Positions 1 to 14,084 of a stretch of 64,000 nucleotides of DNA are shown in pieces. Position numbers and translations under genes: made by a program. Source of the DNA: Octopus vulgaris (taxonomy: Eukaryota); the NCBI GenBank assembly GCA_951406725.2, contig OX597816.1, positions 132,556,001 to 132,620,000 of the forward strand. The letters run 5' to 3'. The number at the start of each line of letters is the position of its first letter. The first letter of the stretch is position 1. Under the pieces are notes generated by a model. That model was not told the origin of the DNA and made no database searches. It saw only the letters and a program-made list of their open reading frames with translations.

Positions 1-347
1 GCGTTACAGTTAGAATACATTGTGGCCAGCTGAGTTTTTGATTGTTATCTTTATTCTTAGAACTCCTTTTCATTACTATTTATATTCTAGTGGACCCCTA
101 TAGCCATTTGATGTTTAAAAACTGGTTGTATAAATACATTTTTCAAGATTCCTTTTTTGTTTTTGACAAATTCACTTGTGTAGGTTGAACTATGTAAAAC
201 GTTTGCAAAAGATATCTAGCTGTTTCTTACATCTAAAGTAAAATTTTTTCATGGACCCTTAAAATAGTACTGTGGATCCCCAGTTTACTGTTTTGCTTGC
301 GTGGACCTCCAAAAATCTTATATAGACCCTTGTTGAGAACCATTGTT
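1..347. mobile_element. Partial hAT-type MITE (right end)
   Basis: Repeated gtggacccc subterminal motifs and a terminus gttgagaaccattg resembling the inverted CAGTGGTTCTCAAC end of hAT MITEs. Confidence 0.5.
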
Positions 348-1271
348 GCAGAATGTCATACATGTTGCCTTATGGTATTTGGCCATGTTCTGAGTTCAAA
401 TCTAGCAAGAGTTGACTGTAACTTTTCATCCCTCCAGGAAAGATAAAATCATTACCAGTCAATAATTGAGCACCATTAAATTAACTGTGCCTTATTTTTC
501 ATCCCTCTGGACCCAATAAAATAAGTACCAGTGATATACTAGATATCACAGTTAACTGCAAAAGAAACAAAGCAAAAAAACAAGAACATCAGTGAAAGAA
601 GTCCTTATCATTGAGTTGTGTGCTACAGTGCAATGGTGATGAATCTAGTGATTGTCATTGTTGTTCAGCCCCAGATCATTTCTGATTGAGCTGGCCTGTT
701 ATCCACCATGTTCAGCTACTTTATCTTGTTTCTGACTATAGTGTATCTCCATGGTTACATTATTCAATATAACCTTCTCTTTTAAGCCATTAAGAGTTAT
801 TTGGTTGCTATTTCTAGAGGTTTAAGCAATCATGAAGCTCTCATAAATTTATTGTTTACGATCAACTCATTTCTTATACATTGTTGGTAGAGGCATGAGT
901 ATTACACAATCCCATTTCATCTCTCATAGAAGTCTGAAGTAGTGTACCTAACTGAAAAATTATGAATAACAATTATTAAAATAATAATATTTTATTTTTA
1001 GTGTATTACCTTCTATTATGTATCAATGCTATATATAGAAGTAAGATTTTTTAAACCAAGTCTATGACTCCAGGCTGGTTTCCAGTTGCTGTTGTTTGGG
1101 TGTTGAGCTGGGAATCTTTAGGCCAAGTGTTCAGTTCTTGAATCCAATAGTGTATTGTGTTTTTGAGCAAGTCACTTTCATATTACTTCAGTCTACTCAG
1201 CTAAAAATGAATGCCACAATAGTTGAGTTAACCCTACAATGGATTATTTTTACTCTTGTACTCTCAACCCC

Positions 1272-1837
1272 TTAACCCTTTAGCATTCAGGTTATTCACT
1301 GAGCCATGTGAAGGTGCATAGCTCAGTGGTTAGAGAGTTGGGCTCACAATCATGAGGTAGTGAGTTTGATTCCTGGACCGAGCTGTGTTGTGTTCTTCTG
1401 CAAGGCACTTTATTTCACATTGCTCCTGTTCACTCAGCTGTAGAAATGAGTTGAGACATCACAGATGCCAAGCTGTATCAACCTTTGCCTTTCCCTTGGA
1501 TAACATTGGTGACATGGAAAGGGGAGAATGGTATGCATGGGTGGTTGCTGGTCTTCCATAAACAACCTTGCCTGGACTTGTGCCTTGGTGTCCCATGGTC
1601 ATTCATGACTTAAGGGGTTCTTTACCTTTTTATTCTTTTAAGTTTGATGCTTATTTATTTAAATTGTTTTGAATTAATCATACATTATCTCATAGCTTCT
1701 GGATTTCGATGATATGATTGTTTATTATTAGAATGCTATTGTAAAGTCAATGTGAGTGGCTAGATCTGGTCAGCTAAAGCGTAAAATGCATAGAATATTT
1801 GGGCTTGAAATGGGTGATTTAAATGCTAAAGGCTTAA
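1272..1837. mobile_element. piggyBac-type MITE interrupted by a tRNA-derived SINE (~1308-1628)
   Basis: TTAA-ccctttagcatt...aatgctaaaggc-TTAA. The inner SINE has A/B-box-like tagctcagtggttaga and gagtttgattcc. Uninterrupted copy at 9509. Confidence 0.8.
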
Positions 1838-3821
1838 ACACCTTAGAAACTGAGGAAAGCTCCACTTAATGAACCTATAGACTCAAAATAGACTTCATCT
1901 TTAGCTGATATATGTGAACCACTCCGTATCTTTTGCTTGAAGTCAGTATGGCTCTTTACCGAGTGTTTATTTGCTTGTATCTGATCATTAAAAGTCAAGC
2001 AACTGACTTTAAAATTGTATCATGCTTTTATACTTTGTTTACATAGCATTTATCCTTTGTTGACACACATCAAAGCAAAGTATCTTTTATTTCACAGCAT
2101 ATCATAATACAATTGTCTATGATAGCTTGAAATGATCTATTTTCAGATTGAAAAAACAGAAAAAGAATCCTAAAATCTTGCTAGTCATATTCATGTTTGA
2201 AATCAATCTCCAATGTACAAGATTAATGAAAATTTATTTGACAATCACCTTTTCTAGGATAAACCTTAACTGAAGTTGTTACTTGATATTTTTACACATA
2301 TATTTAATTGTATGAAATCAGAAGCTTAGTGACTTAAAGGGGAAAATAAATCTAATAACTGCAGCAAGGATGATACCAGCTATTATGTTTGATGGTGATT
2401 TTTTTTTTTTTTTCGAGTTTCATTTATTCTCCACATGATGTATTTCCAATAAACCTTGCTAATTTTGGAAAATTCTTTTTTGAAATGTTTTAACATGCTT
2501 CATCTTTTGAATTCTAAAATTTAAAAAATCATCATTGTTTGAACTGTAAAAAAAGGTGATATTTGTTCTGCTCTTAATTAGAATTCTGACATGATCATTA
2601 AACATAAAAAACTAAATTTTAAGAAATGAATGGTTGTTGCTTACACTGTTTCAGTCCTCATTGACTAGCTTGTCATCAAAAACATTCTGACTGATCATCC
2701 TGTATTTATATTTAGGTATTGTATATGTAGGACTACAACTGGCAAATTATAAGAGTTGTTAAAACAGACGACAAAATGCCTTATGACATTTGTTTTGACT
2801 GTCTGTACTCAGAGTTCAAATCTCACCAAGTTTATGTTATAAACTCCCTTTGGGGTTTTTGTACCCTGAGTTCTGGGTTAGTAAATTTAATCTCACACCC
2901 AGCTTAACATCACACCACTGGTATTAGAATGTTTTTAGTAGCATTTGCTCTGTTGCAAGCATTCAGGCAAAGACCATGATTTCAGGATATCTTCCTCCTT
3001 TCTTACCACCTGTCTCAGAGGCTCTGAAAAAATTAAGGGGCATGGGTTCTGCTTTTCCTTCACTAAGTGGTTAAAATTTTTTTTACCAAATATGACTTCC
3101 TTTTTTGAAATGGTAGTATGTGTGATTTAAGGGAAACTTGCTGTTACTAACAGATCAATTGACCATGTAGAGGTTCCCCTCATTGGCTTGTAACTACATA
3201 TATTGTTATTGAGTTGCTTCAGTAAACCTTGATTAAAGTGATATTGGAAATGTTACACAAACATTTTGTAACAACTAGTCCTAAGTATCTTCTTGCATAG
3301 CTTGGCCTTCTTGATATAGCCTTTTGTCTCTAGGTTCCTGCGTTGGTTGATATGGCCAATTTATATGGGTCAGATGATAGCTGGTATAGACAAGTAACAT
3401 GGAAAAGATGAGGTTCCACACTGTGTGTTGGTAAAAAAGGTCACATGAATTAGAATTGATCATAGATGATTTGGGACGAGTAACTATATAGGACTTCATA
3501 CACAGGTCTGCCTGAATTGTTTTGTACTGTTGGCCATCCAAACCATTATTGACCATTGTTGCAAGGAAGAAAGTTTAATAACTTTTGAGTTTTGAAGAGT
3601 TATCACTTGCCAGTGGATATTGATTATGTTTATCCCCATGTACTTACCTCCGAGAAGGGATAAATGTGAAACAGCTTCAATCAAGGAGAGGGTAATGTAG
3701 ATACACTATATATGGTGATTAAATAACCTATATTCAGTGTAAAAATTTTTTTAAACATTGGAGGTTCTATGGATGAATCCAGATTATACACCAAAAATGG
3801 AAAATACTTTGATTCTTTTAT

Positions 3822-5165
3822 TCAAACAGTAAGGATATTTAAGCAAGGCTATTGGTATGTAGTTTGGCATGAATAAGTGTGCAGTATTAATTATGAAAAG
3901 AACTCTAAAAATTAAATCTGGAATAAAAAAAATACCACAAGATGATAACATCAGATTACAGAAAGAGAATGAGGGATTCAAGTACCTAGGGTTGCTGCAG
4001 GATGAGAGGGTAATAGAAAAAGAAATGAGAAAGTCTTCAAAAAGTACAAGAGAAGGGTTAGGAGGGTATTTGAAAAAAACAAAACAAACAGAGGTCATGG
4101 GTCATACCCACATATTAATTGCTTTCATAATTTTACCTCAAAAAGGAGTATTGTGTTGAGATACACTGCTCCTATTTTTTAAAAGGGACAAGGAGTTACT
4201 GGAATTAGACAGAAGTAGGAAATAATGCATAATGATTATTAAGAAAAGGAGGAGGCAAACATTTGTTAAATTTAAAAGACACCAACAGTGTTGAAGTTTG
4301 AGGTTTGAAAAATTATGTTATGCATAGTCAAGAAAGACTATTATCTGCAAGTAGAAATATCGAAGAAATCACTAAAATGGTGAAAGATTGTGAGAATCAA
4401 AAGAATAATAGGAGAAATAACTGGAGAAAGAAAGAACAACTTAATCAGTTCCTGTAACAAAGTAAGGATGGTGTAAATGAAGACGGATGGTTGGGGCTGT
4501 GGGATGGAGCCTGAAACAAGAAACTGACTTACTATTTATAGCCACTAAAGAACAAGCTATAAGAACAAGCTTATTAAAAATAAACTTTAATAATAAAACT
4601 TAGCCAGATAGTAAATTCAGAGTGTGTGGAAAAGAGAATTACAGTATTAATCATCTTTTAAGGGAGTGCAGTAGGCAAGCACAAAAAGAGTATAAATACA
4701 AGCATGACTGTTGGTAAAAAAGTGCATTGGGTTATTAGCCGAGTTTGTGGATTTGAAGTAACAGAAAAGGTTTATGAACACAAGTCAGAGGCTCTCATGG
4801 TAAACAGTGATTATTTGGTTTTATGGAATTCCTCCATAGATGCAGGTCATATTATTGAAGCAAGGAGATGAGATATGATCATGGAATACAAACAGTGTAA
4901 GATCATTGACTTTGCAATCTTATTTGATTGTATAGTGGATGTCAAGGAAACTGAGAAAATTGAGAAATATCAAGACTTAGAGAGAAGAAATTGTAGAACA
5001 TAAAGATGAAAATTGTTTCTGTGGCAATTGGAACACTCAACTTAATGTCCAAACTGCTACATAAGAGCTGAACATTATTAGAATTGAAAAGCATATTGTC
5101 ATTCTGTAAGGAAGCTCCATCCTGTATTTTGCAAAAATTCGAGATTCTTGAGATTTGAGGAGCCT
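3822..5165 (+). mobile_element. Decayed non-LTR retrotransposon with restriction-like endonuclease (R4/Dong-like), 3' part
   Basis: Frameshifted motifs in order: FKYLG, IATKEQAIRT, RVCG..SINHLLREC (zinc knuckle), YKYKHD, KIIDFAI, KETEKIEKYQDL. Confidence 0.8.
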
Positions 5166-6946
5166 TGTCACCAAACCTCTAGATAACATCTCTGATAACT
5201 AAATTATGTAATTGCCTTTTGTATAACAGTAATAAAGTTTTTTAATATTGGTATAGGCCATGAATTTGTTGAATACAATTTAGTCAATTTAATCAACCTA
5301 GTATTTGGTTTCTACCTACTTCATTGACCATAGAGGAATGAAAGACAAATTCAACTGTGGTAAGATTTGAACTCAAAATTTAAAGAGATGAAATGCCAGA
5401 TCTTCCTCCATTAATAATGATAATAATAGGTACCTGACTCAGCAATGATTAAAAAAATCATTTAGATAATTACATAACATAAATCCTGGGACTTACAAAC
5501 ACACACAAAATGCAGAAAATAATACTACTAGGAATTACACATGTCCCATGCATGCACTTCATATGCTACATTACTTACTTTTGAGGTTAATAAATACAAT
5601 ACCAGTTTTATACTATGGTCAATTCTTCTCTTTCTGGAAGAAATCAATTGTAGGCAAACTTGGTGAGGAATGAACTCTACCAAGTTAAAATTAGCCAAGA
5701 CATGTTGTTTATTACAAAGGTATCTCTATGACTCCACCAGGAGTTGAAGGCCTAAGGCAAGGCAATTTAGAAAGTAAGTGAATGAAATTTAAAATACTGA
5801 TGAGCTTTAATAGTCTGAAACACCTCCCTAGTTGTCCTTAGCCTGCAAATAAAGATCAAACTTTCATTTCCCTAAGCATGTAATTTAACTTCTGATAAAT
5901 TAGGTCCAATTTCTTGAAATTGTCTCCCTTCTTTTCTGAAAGTCATCATAGATTTTGTTTTCTTTCTGCAGCAAAGAGGTTAAGAAGATATATTTCGCAC
6001 ACAACATACATAATATGTATGCATGTGGCATATGTATTACATATGTTGTATGAGAAATATATGCTTAAAGCTATTTTCTGAAACAGGACAATAAGAGGAT
6101 TCTTGCTTTCCTCATACTAACTACAAAAATGTTACTGATTGTTTCTACCAATTAAATGTGTAAAATTAGCACAGTGATGAGTTTTATCAGTCAATTGCCA
6201 AGTATCTATATATCTTTGGTTATATTCAATGATTCTGATTGTAGATGATGAAATTCTTCATCATTGGATTTATTAAATTTGAGTTCTAGTTATTAAATTT
6301 TAAGTTAAATTTGAGAATAATTTCCAGAGTCATTTCACCTTTGGGAAGAATATCTACAGTATTGTGACTTAGATCAAAGGGTTTTAAACTATGTAAAAGA
6401 GACAAGTCAACATGAATGAATTTAATTTTTTTCCAGAAAACTGTTTTTCTATCATTTATTCATTATAGTGTAAATTTTGTGGTTTTTATACATCAGTATA
6501 TAATAATTTGCTTGCTGAAAAATTGTTTATAATCAATAACTTGGATCACATGGAAACCACACAAATTCATATATATTTACTGGTATTTCATATTTCATTC
6601 TACATCCTGCCCTCTCCCCTTTTTTTTTTTACTTATCACTCATAGAAATGTTTTAAGTTTTCATGCATTGCAGAACAAGTTTTAAAACCCCTGGGGATTT
6701 GGGGGTCTTGCAGAAGATGCAGTTTTATGAAAGACTGGGTAAAATATTTAGTGCAATGTTTAACAGTGGAGTCTGATATAATGAAGATGATAATTGAAGG
6801 AAAGGCAGATGTCTCTGTGCAAGGGATATAATTTGTAATTGTTTTAATCTGTGTAATTAACAACAATTTTCACATACATTTCTTTGTTACATGAATCCTT
6901 GTTAAAAACATTTGCTTCAACAATAACCTAATATCCAAATTTTTGT

Positions 6947-7171
6947 TTAATCCTTTTGATAGCAGCCTGCCTGAAACTACCACTGGTTTTATGATACAAT
7001 TTCTGTTTTAAAATGATTTTAAAACTTTCCATCAAAATTTCATGCTAATTTGTGTTCCAAACACCAGCTTAATAATGATAAAATATGTTTTAATTAATTC
7101 TTTATTATTTTCAAAAGTAATTGAAACAATAACTGTACATTTCAACAGAAATATGGTAATACAAGAGTTAA
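6947..7171. mobile_element. Second TTAA-flanked MITE family
   Basis: TTAA-tccttttgatagc...ggtaatacaagag-TTAA; an inverted-orientation copy lies at 33787-34004. Confidence 0.75.
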
Positions 7172-9031
7172 TCTATTTCTTCAATGCTTCTATCTTAGAA
7201 AAATTAAATTCAAACACAGAACATGGAAATCTATGTATGAAAATAGTTTATTTTTAGCTATGAATTATTTCACTGAATAAAGATTCATCTTTCATTGCTC
7301 TCTTCATGTAAAGGAAGAAAAAATTTTGTGAAAAATTAAACTGTGGTTTATTAAAATATCAGTCATCGCTTTATTGAAATGAATCACATTAAAAAATTTA
7401 TTTATGGCACACCTAAGCAGCTTCATATATGGAATAATATAGCCACACGCATACACACTTATGTTAGACATTTTGTGTAATTTCTGATGTTCAGCATGCT
7501 ATTTTAATTTGAAACATTGTTTCATACAAATATATGTGTGTGTACACACACATACACTTGTCCACACAAGCACAAATTTACATGCAGTTATTTGTTCTGC
7601 TTAGTTTACTAAACTACTTACTGTCTAAATCGTAGTGGTTTGTTCTTTTGAGAAATTATACAATTTTGAATATAATAAAAAAAATATATTTTAATTTCTT
7701 TTTAATGATGCAGAAAACAATGGCATGTTTAATTTGTTTTATAATATTAATACTTTTTATACCCATCCCTTTATTAGGTAAAAAAAAAGTCTTCAAAGAT
7801 TCTTTTCAAAATTGCCTTCTGTTCTTTTTTAAATATTGAGATTTATGTATGTTCAAATTGAATCAGTGTGTAAATACACATACATACACTCAGTCACTCA
7901 CACACACACACACACACACTACAAGATTCTTATTGGAGTCTTGTTTTTCAATTAATAATTTCATTCTTAGCTAGAAAAAAGGAAATGCTTGTTGATGTGA
8001 TAAGAATTTAGAAACTCTTGAGAGAACATGAAATAATTCTTCTTTGGAACAGTGGACTTTGAAGCATATGAAGCTATAGATATTAGCATGTAAATACTGA
8101 GTAGAAAAAGCTGAAGACTGCCTGCGGGGCATGAACCCACAACTTCTGTAGACATGACAGGTCTTCTACAGGGTAGCCTTCAACTTTTTCTGTTCAAGGT
8201 TTAAACAACCTAATATTTACATACTATTATGTATAGCTTTATGTGCTTCAAGGTACTGTTCAAAACAAAAGAAAAAAATAGGGAAGGAATATGAGATATA
8301 TATCTTTACATGATTTTGGTGTCTTCAGAACACTCTGTAAAACATACACACACTGGTGAGCAGAGATGATGATGTTGCATCATATACCTTCTTCATAAAT
8401 CATTATTACCAATAAAGTGTTTCCTGATAGATTTTATTACCAATGGAAAATGGAAAAATAAGAACGATAATAAAATTGACTAGACACATTTTTTTTAAAC
8501 AATTAAAATCTAAAACCCTGTTTTGCATGCATGATCCAAGTGTAACAAACAGCACATAATTATATAGATTTATTAATCAGCCTCCATCGAGTTTTACTCT
8601 GATCTTGGAAAGTAGGTACATATGGAATTTGAAAAATTTGAGATATTTATAATACTGAACTTTTAAATTTTTATTAAGGTTCATATCTTTTTTTAATTTT
8701 TAGTGTAAAGGAACAAAATATTAACTAATGTAACAGACCAAAACAATATATATATATATATATATATATACGCACACACACACACACGCACGCACACACA
8801 CACACACATATGCACACACACACATACACAGAGGAATTTTGGAGTTTTAATTTTAAAGATACTTTTCCTTGTTCTATTTTTGCTATGAGAGGCACCAATA
8901 AAGTAGAATAGAAATAATTTAGATTTTATTAGTGTATTGAAAACCTAATTACTTGTTAATAATAATAATAATAACAATTATTATGACAATAATTATGATG
9001 TTCTTATAGCATGCACTGTTTTTGTATGCAG

Positions 9032-9052
9032 ATGACATTGGACTGAGCTCAC
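9032..9052 (+). CDS. RALGAPB: Candidate 21-nt microexon of RALGAPB, (D)DIGLSS(P), phase 1-1
   Basis: ttttgtatgcAG|atgacattggactgagctcac|GTAAGT. Consensus donor, length divisible by 3, no stop, phase matches the phase-1 acceptor at 28654. No homology support. Confidence 0.6.
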
Positions 9053-9508
9053 GTAAGTGTCTTGACTAAAACTCATTTTCTTCCTTTTAGACTTGTCTTT
9101 TTGTCTATCAATCTTTATTTTTGTGTTTCTCACTCAAACAATTTTTTTTTGCTTCTTTCTCATTTTTAACTGATGTTGTTGTTATTGTTGTTGGTGTTGT
9201 TATTGGTGGCATTCCCCACCCCCGGCCCATTTTTTGTTTCTTTTATGGCATAGTTGTATTTCTTATTGTTGGTGTTGTAATATGACCCCCACTCCTCCAG
9301 CTTGCCTTGCTTCACTGACCCTTCCCTCATATCTCAAATATTGATCACAGCAACTAAAAATATGCATTTTCTTTCATTAGTCTTTTTCTCTTCTCTTTAA
9401 CACTGGGCTATTTTGGTAAAATAATGGTATCATCACTGAAATGATCACATTGCAAATAAATATCAATTATGAGAGACAGAAAACTGGAATTAATTATTTT
9501 TTTTTTAA

Positions 9509-9736
9509 TTAATCCTTTAGCATTCACATTACTCTGTCAAATGCAATACTTATCTATTCACATTGTTTTGAATTAATCATGCATTATCTTGTAGCTTAAA
9601 AATTTCAATGATTTGATTGTTTATTTTTAGAATAACATTGTAGGGTAGGTGTGAGAGATCAGATCTGGCCAGTTTACACATAAAATGGATAGAATATTTG
9701 AGTTGGTTATGTCCCATTTAAATACTAAGGGGTTAA
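9509..9736. mobile_element. piggyBac-type MITE, same family as 1272; truncated copy at ~13966-14150
   Basis: TTAA target duplication with terminal inverted repeats tcctttagcatt/aatactaagggg. Confidence 0.85.
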
Positions 9737-10346
9737 ATTGATTTTTTTTTTTTTTTACTTAAGTTATCAAATTAACATTCAAACAGAAATTTTAAACACT
9801 CAAAAATTTTCTGACAATAATTCAAGTAAATTAAGGTAAAATATAATAAAAAATAATGATATTTTCAGGAAATTAATATTCTTCATTGAATTTTAATTGC
9901 TGACATCATTGTGGTTTGTTTCAATAATTAATTGATCTAAGTTGTTGCGATATTCAGTTAGTAATGATGTGAGTTTTCAAGAGTCTGAACCATTTAGGTG
10001 GTTGAATTATTGAACTGATATAAAAGCATTGGCTTATTAGAATTTATCATGATAATTGGGCAAGTTAACACTGGGAAAGTAAAATGTCAATGAATTTGGT
10101 ATTAGATCAATTGTGCATAGATTCATATCCAATATATGTATTTGATTAGTACACAATTCTGTGTCCTAGTCACTTATGGCACAACACAGCTAGCTGTCAC
10201 TTGTAAACAAGTGTGGCTTGGCAATGTGCACCCTGCTTTCGCTAATTGTTTTAGGTGCTTATGTTGTTGCAAACTGATGTAGGCATCCCCTTTGGCCCCC
10301 ACCTCCTCACCCTTGATTCAGTGGCACAGCCAGGATGTGACAGTTT

Positions 10347-10378
<32 letters not shown>

Positions 10379-11160
10379 ATGCAAGAGGGAAGAAAGCAGG
10401 AGAGTGTGTGGTAGAGAAGAGACAGAGAAAGTGCAATAGAGAAGAGTGAGAGAGAGAGCTATGCCAGTATCTGATTGGTACACATTTACAGCTGCATTGA
10501 CTGGAGCAATGTGAAATAAAGTGCCTTGTTCAAGATCACAATGCACTACTTAGTCTGGGAATTGAACCCATGATCTTTTGATTGTGAACCAAACACGCTA
10601 GCCACTAGGCCATGCACCTTTATTCCTGATCACTTAGATATAAAGATTAGGTATCAGTGATCAGCTGAGAATGCTCCTAACAATAAACTAACCTTATAAT
10701 ATGGGCAAGATTTATTTCTTCTCTGCTAAATGCCATCAAACCAGAACTATGAACTGGTCCTTGGGTCCCAGGGAGCTTGTATATTATTTTTATATGCATT
10801 AACATGGCACTAAGCCTAATGACTAAAAATATTGTAAGTTGAAAAAATCTAGTTCCATGATCAAAGCACATAGCACTATGTATTTTAGTTAATCTGAAGT
10901 AGATATCTGTGACTGTCATATTGGAATTAGACTGGAATTGACAATATATGCAATGTTACTATGTTTTATAAATATATGCTTGTACTTATTCAATCTGGGC
11001 AAAAGTAAGCATTGAAAAGGTCTCAGAGATGTCTACTGTGTTGATGTTTGAATGATTAAAAATTACTCTTTGTGTGTGTTTTGTAGTAGTAGAATAAGAA
11101 ATAGAAACTCCTTGGTATAGTATTATATATTTTAAAAAATGAATGGAAATGACTTGTCTT

Positions 11161-11255
11161 AATTTTTCCACTTTAATTATTAGATGTTTATAAAATATTA
11201 GGTGTTTAAAACACTTAATATCTTACAAGCATTTAATTATTAAAGTGGAAAAATT
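11161..11255. repeat. ~95-bp imperfect palindrome
   Basis: aatttttccactttaat...tattaggtgtt-taa-aacacttaata...attaaagtggaaaaatt. Confidence 0.9.
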
Positions 11256-14084
11256 ATCAGAAAAGCTATTTTCTCTCTCTCTTTCTCTCTCTCTCTCCCC
11301 CAAGAGACTGGTGTTGGTCTGTGTCAGCAAGACTTGTATTATTTAGTAAAATCAACAAAACAAGTACTGTGAACTTGCTTTTGGGAAGGGAAAATGCAAC
11401 ATTTTGGAGAGACTTCTTCTATGAAGATTTGACAGAAGTGAAATTAAAGAGTTTTACATCCTCTAAATTGCAACCAGTCTTTCTAACTTAAAGTACCGAA
11501 AACTCTGTGGTCTCTCTATAATTTCAGTCATGCTTAAAAAAAAGTTTATTTAGTAATTAACATTCTTCTGTTTCCATTTGAGGAAGCCAATAATAACTTG
11601 TCTTGTTATAGAATTATTACAAACATCAATGATATTAACAAAATTTCACCTGTTTCTTCATTCTTTTACTGGTTTCAGCCATCTAGTCATGGCTATGATG
11701 GAGTGCCACCATGAAATAAAACTAATTCAAAGAGAAAATTAAATATTTATTTATATATATATTAAATATATATTGAATCAATAGAATTAAAAATAAGAAA
11801 TACATAGTTCTGTTGTAGAAACAACAATGATATTTTTGTCTATTTGATGTCACTAATATGAGATTGATTTCAGCTGCTTGGCTTTTAGATATTCAAAGGT
11901 TACCCAGAACTGTTACCTTGATCAGAATGTTTTCTACAGAGGATTATGTGAAATTGTTATGTTGGATTCATGTAACAAAATTCACGGCATGTTTACAAAT
12001 GGAAAATATTTACTTTATGGAAACAATATTTATTGGTTAAGAAGAAAATTTGTTAATTCTCTAAGAAGAAATGTAAGTTTAATATCAAGTAGTTGTGTTG
12101 CTTTTAATATGTTTAAAGTACTTGATCTTTTAAGAAATGCCAGCTTAGCATTTAACAAAAGGCTTCTTTATTAGTTATGTTGAATATTTCCAACACTATA
12201 TTTTAGTATAAAGAATGAGAAATAGATTTAGAGGAGTATAGTCATAATAATTGAAGTTGGAGGCCAGAGATAACTATATAACCCAATAGAGAGCTACTGG
12301 TTGTATAATGTTGGTTGAGTGCAGATTTGATTATCATAAGGATAGCAGTTTTATGGACATGGTCTAGAATGTGACTTAGTACACCAATCCAGATGTGTGG
12401 CTAATATCTAATGGAAAGTATATTTGAACCTTGTAAAACTGTAATGGTAATTACTACCTAGAACAGATGTATCCTTTTCATTCTGAAGTGTAAACCTAAC
12501 ATTTAGTTCGGTTATGTGAAGTATGTGTTACCTCTGTCAAAGGTGCTTAGGTCTTAATTGCTAAACAGACATTGCAAATTATTATTATTGTTCTTTTATA
12601 AATATCTTAGTGGAAACTCATATTATTTCTTTTTGAAGCATTGAAGGTAGTTGCCAGTGCTTAATAATACTGTTAAAATTATGCAGAAATTGATTTGCAT
12701 GGTAACTTATATGATGACTAGAAATGAATTTAGCTCATCCGTATTCAGATACCACTGGGAGTAGTTACACCAGTCATGTAATAAAACCACATAAATGTAA
12801 ACTATTCATGTATTGTAATGAAAGAAAAAGCTGTAAAATATTTTTAAATGAAGAGATTAGACCAAGAAAGAAAAATAGACACAAATAAAGCTATATCAGC
12901 TTTGACCTCAAGTATCTGAATATCAAGTTTGAACTGATGCAAAGCAAGGTAGAATGTGTTGATGTCAGTGGCCTTCAACTGTTCTTGGGGATGAACAGAC
13001 AGACAATTGTGCAGTAGTGGAGGTATAATTTTGACAACATTTTTACTGTTACTTGTTGTAAGGAAAAGGAATAAGTTCAGCAAGCAGTGTCAAAATTATT
13101 GGTATTTGAGTTTTTAGAAGGCATAATTAGAATTAAGTGTTTCATATTTGAGACAGTTTCAAAATAAATTGGAAATGTTTGGATTGGAAAAGATTTATTT
13201 CTGTGGGGAATTGAGTTATTTTGAATATATTCTATGAGCATTTGAGTGAAAGTAATTTTGATGTGTGTGTGTGTGTTTGTAATGACATATGTGTGTGTAT
13301 ATACATATACATAACCTCACAGAAACACACATATTCAAACACATCTTTTATTTAGCAAAGAAATATTTATAAATGGTGGTCTAATATTTATACAGTAGTA
13401 TTTAATAGCTATCCTTCAATTAGTAGTTTTCATAATCAAAAATATTTCTACAATTTGGAAAGCGAGCAACCAAATGTTGTATTCTGCATTCTTCATTTAC
13501 CATTCTGTATACTCTTAAAACAGTAACACCTCAACTATCAATGTAAAAAAAATGGAATTTCTATACTCCTATTTATTATTTTTCAGGTTCATCCCCTTCA
13601 TTCATACACCACAAATCTGTTGTGTTATTAATTGTTCTCAATTGGAAACAAAACTCTTGTAATAGGTTTGAGTTTGCTTATGTAAAAACTATTAATTTCT
13701 TCAAGGGATCACTAAATACATACATATACACATGTGTATGTATATACACACACATAAAACATCAACAGTTATGTATAGAAGTTAATAACTATAAAGTTTT
13801 AGTTCTGTTTTGCTTCTTTGAATTCACATCCAATCTAATTTCTCTTTACCTTGGAAATCTTTCAGTTACTAATAGAATTACCATGTCTGTTATAGCAATT
13901 AAGGACATTTAAGGAGCAATATTTTCTGTTTTTCTGTTTAATATCTCCATATTGTTATCTTTATATAACCTTTTAGCATTTAGATAACTCTGTCAAATGT
14001 AATGCTTATTTATTCCCATTGTTTTGAATTAATCATGCATTGTCTTGTAGCATTGAGATTTCGTTGATGTGATCATTACAGTTT

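Noticed and set aside
1308-1380. tRNA-like sequence (also at 21540, 49884, 50800)
   Set aside because: A/B-box heads of SINEs continuing into SINE bodies; no complete cloverleaf.
3869-4159. 96-aa ORF as a host gene
   Set aside because: Part of the frameshifted R4-like retrotransposon.
8101-8170. CTGAAGA followed by a hairpin, hammerhead-like
   Set aside because: GAAC instead of GAAA and no stem III; the minus strand reads as a tRNA-like T-arm (gtgggttcatgcccc), a simpler explanation.
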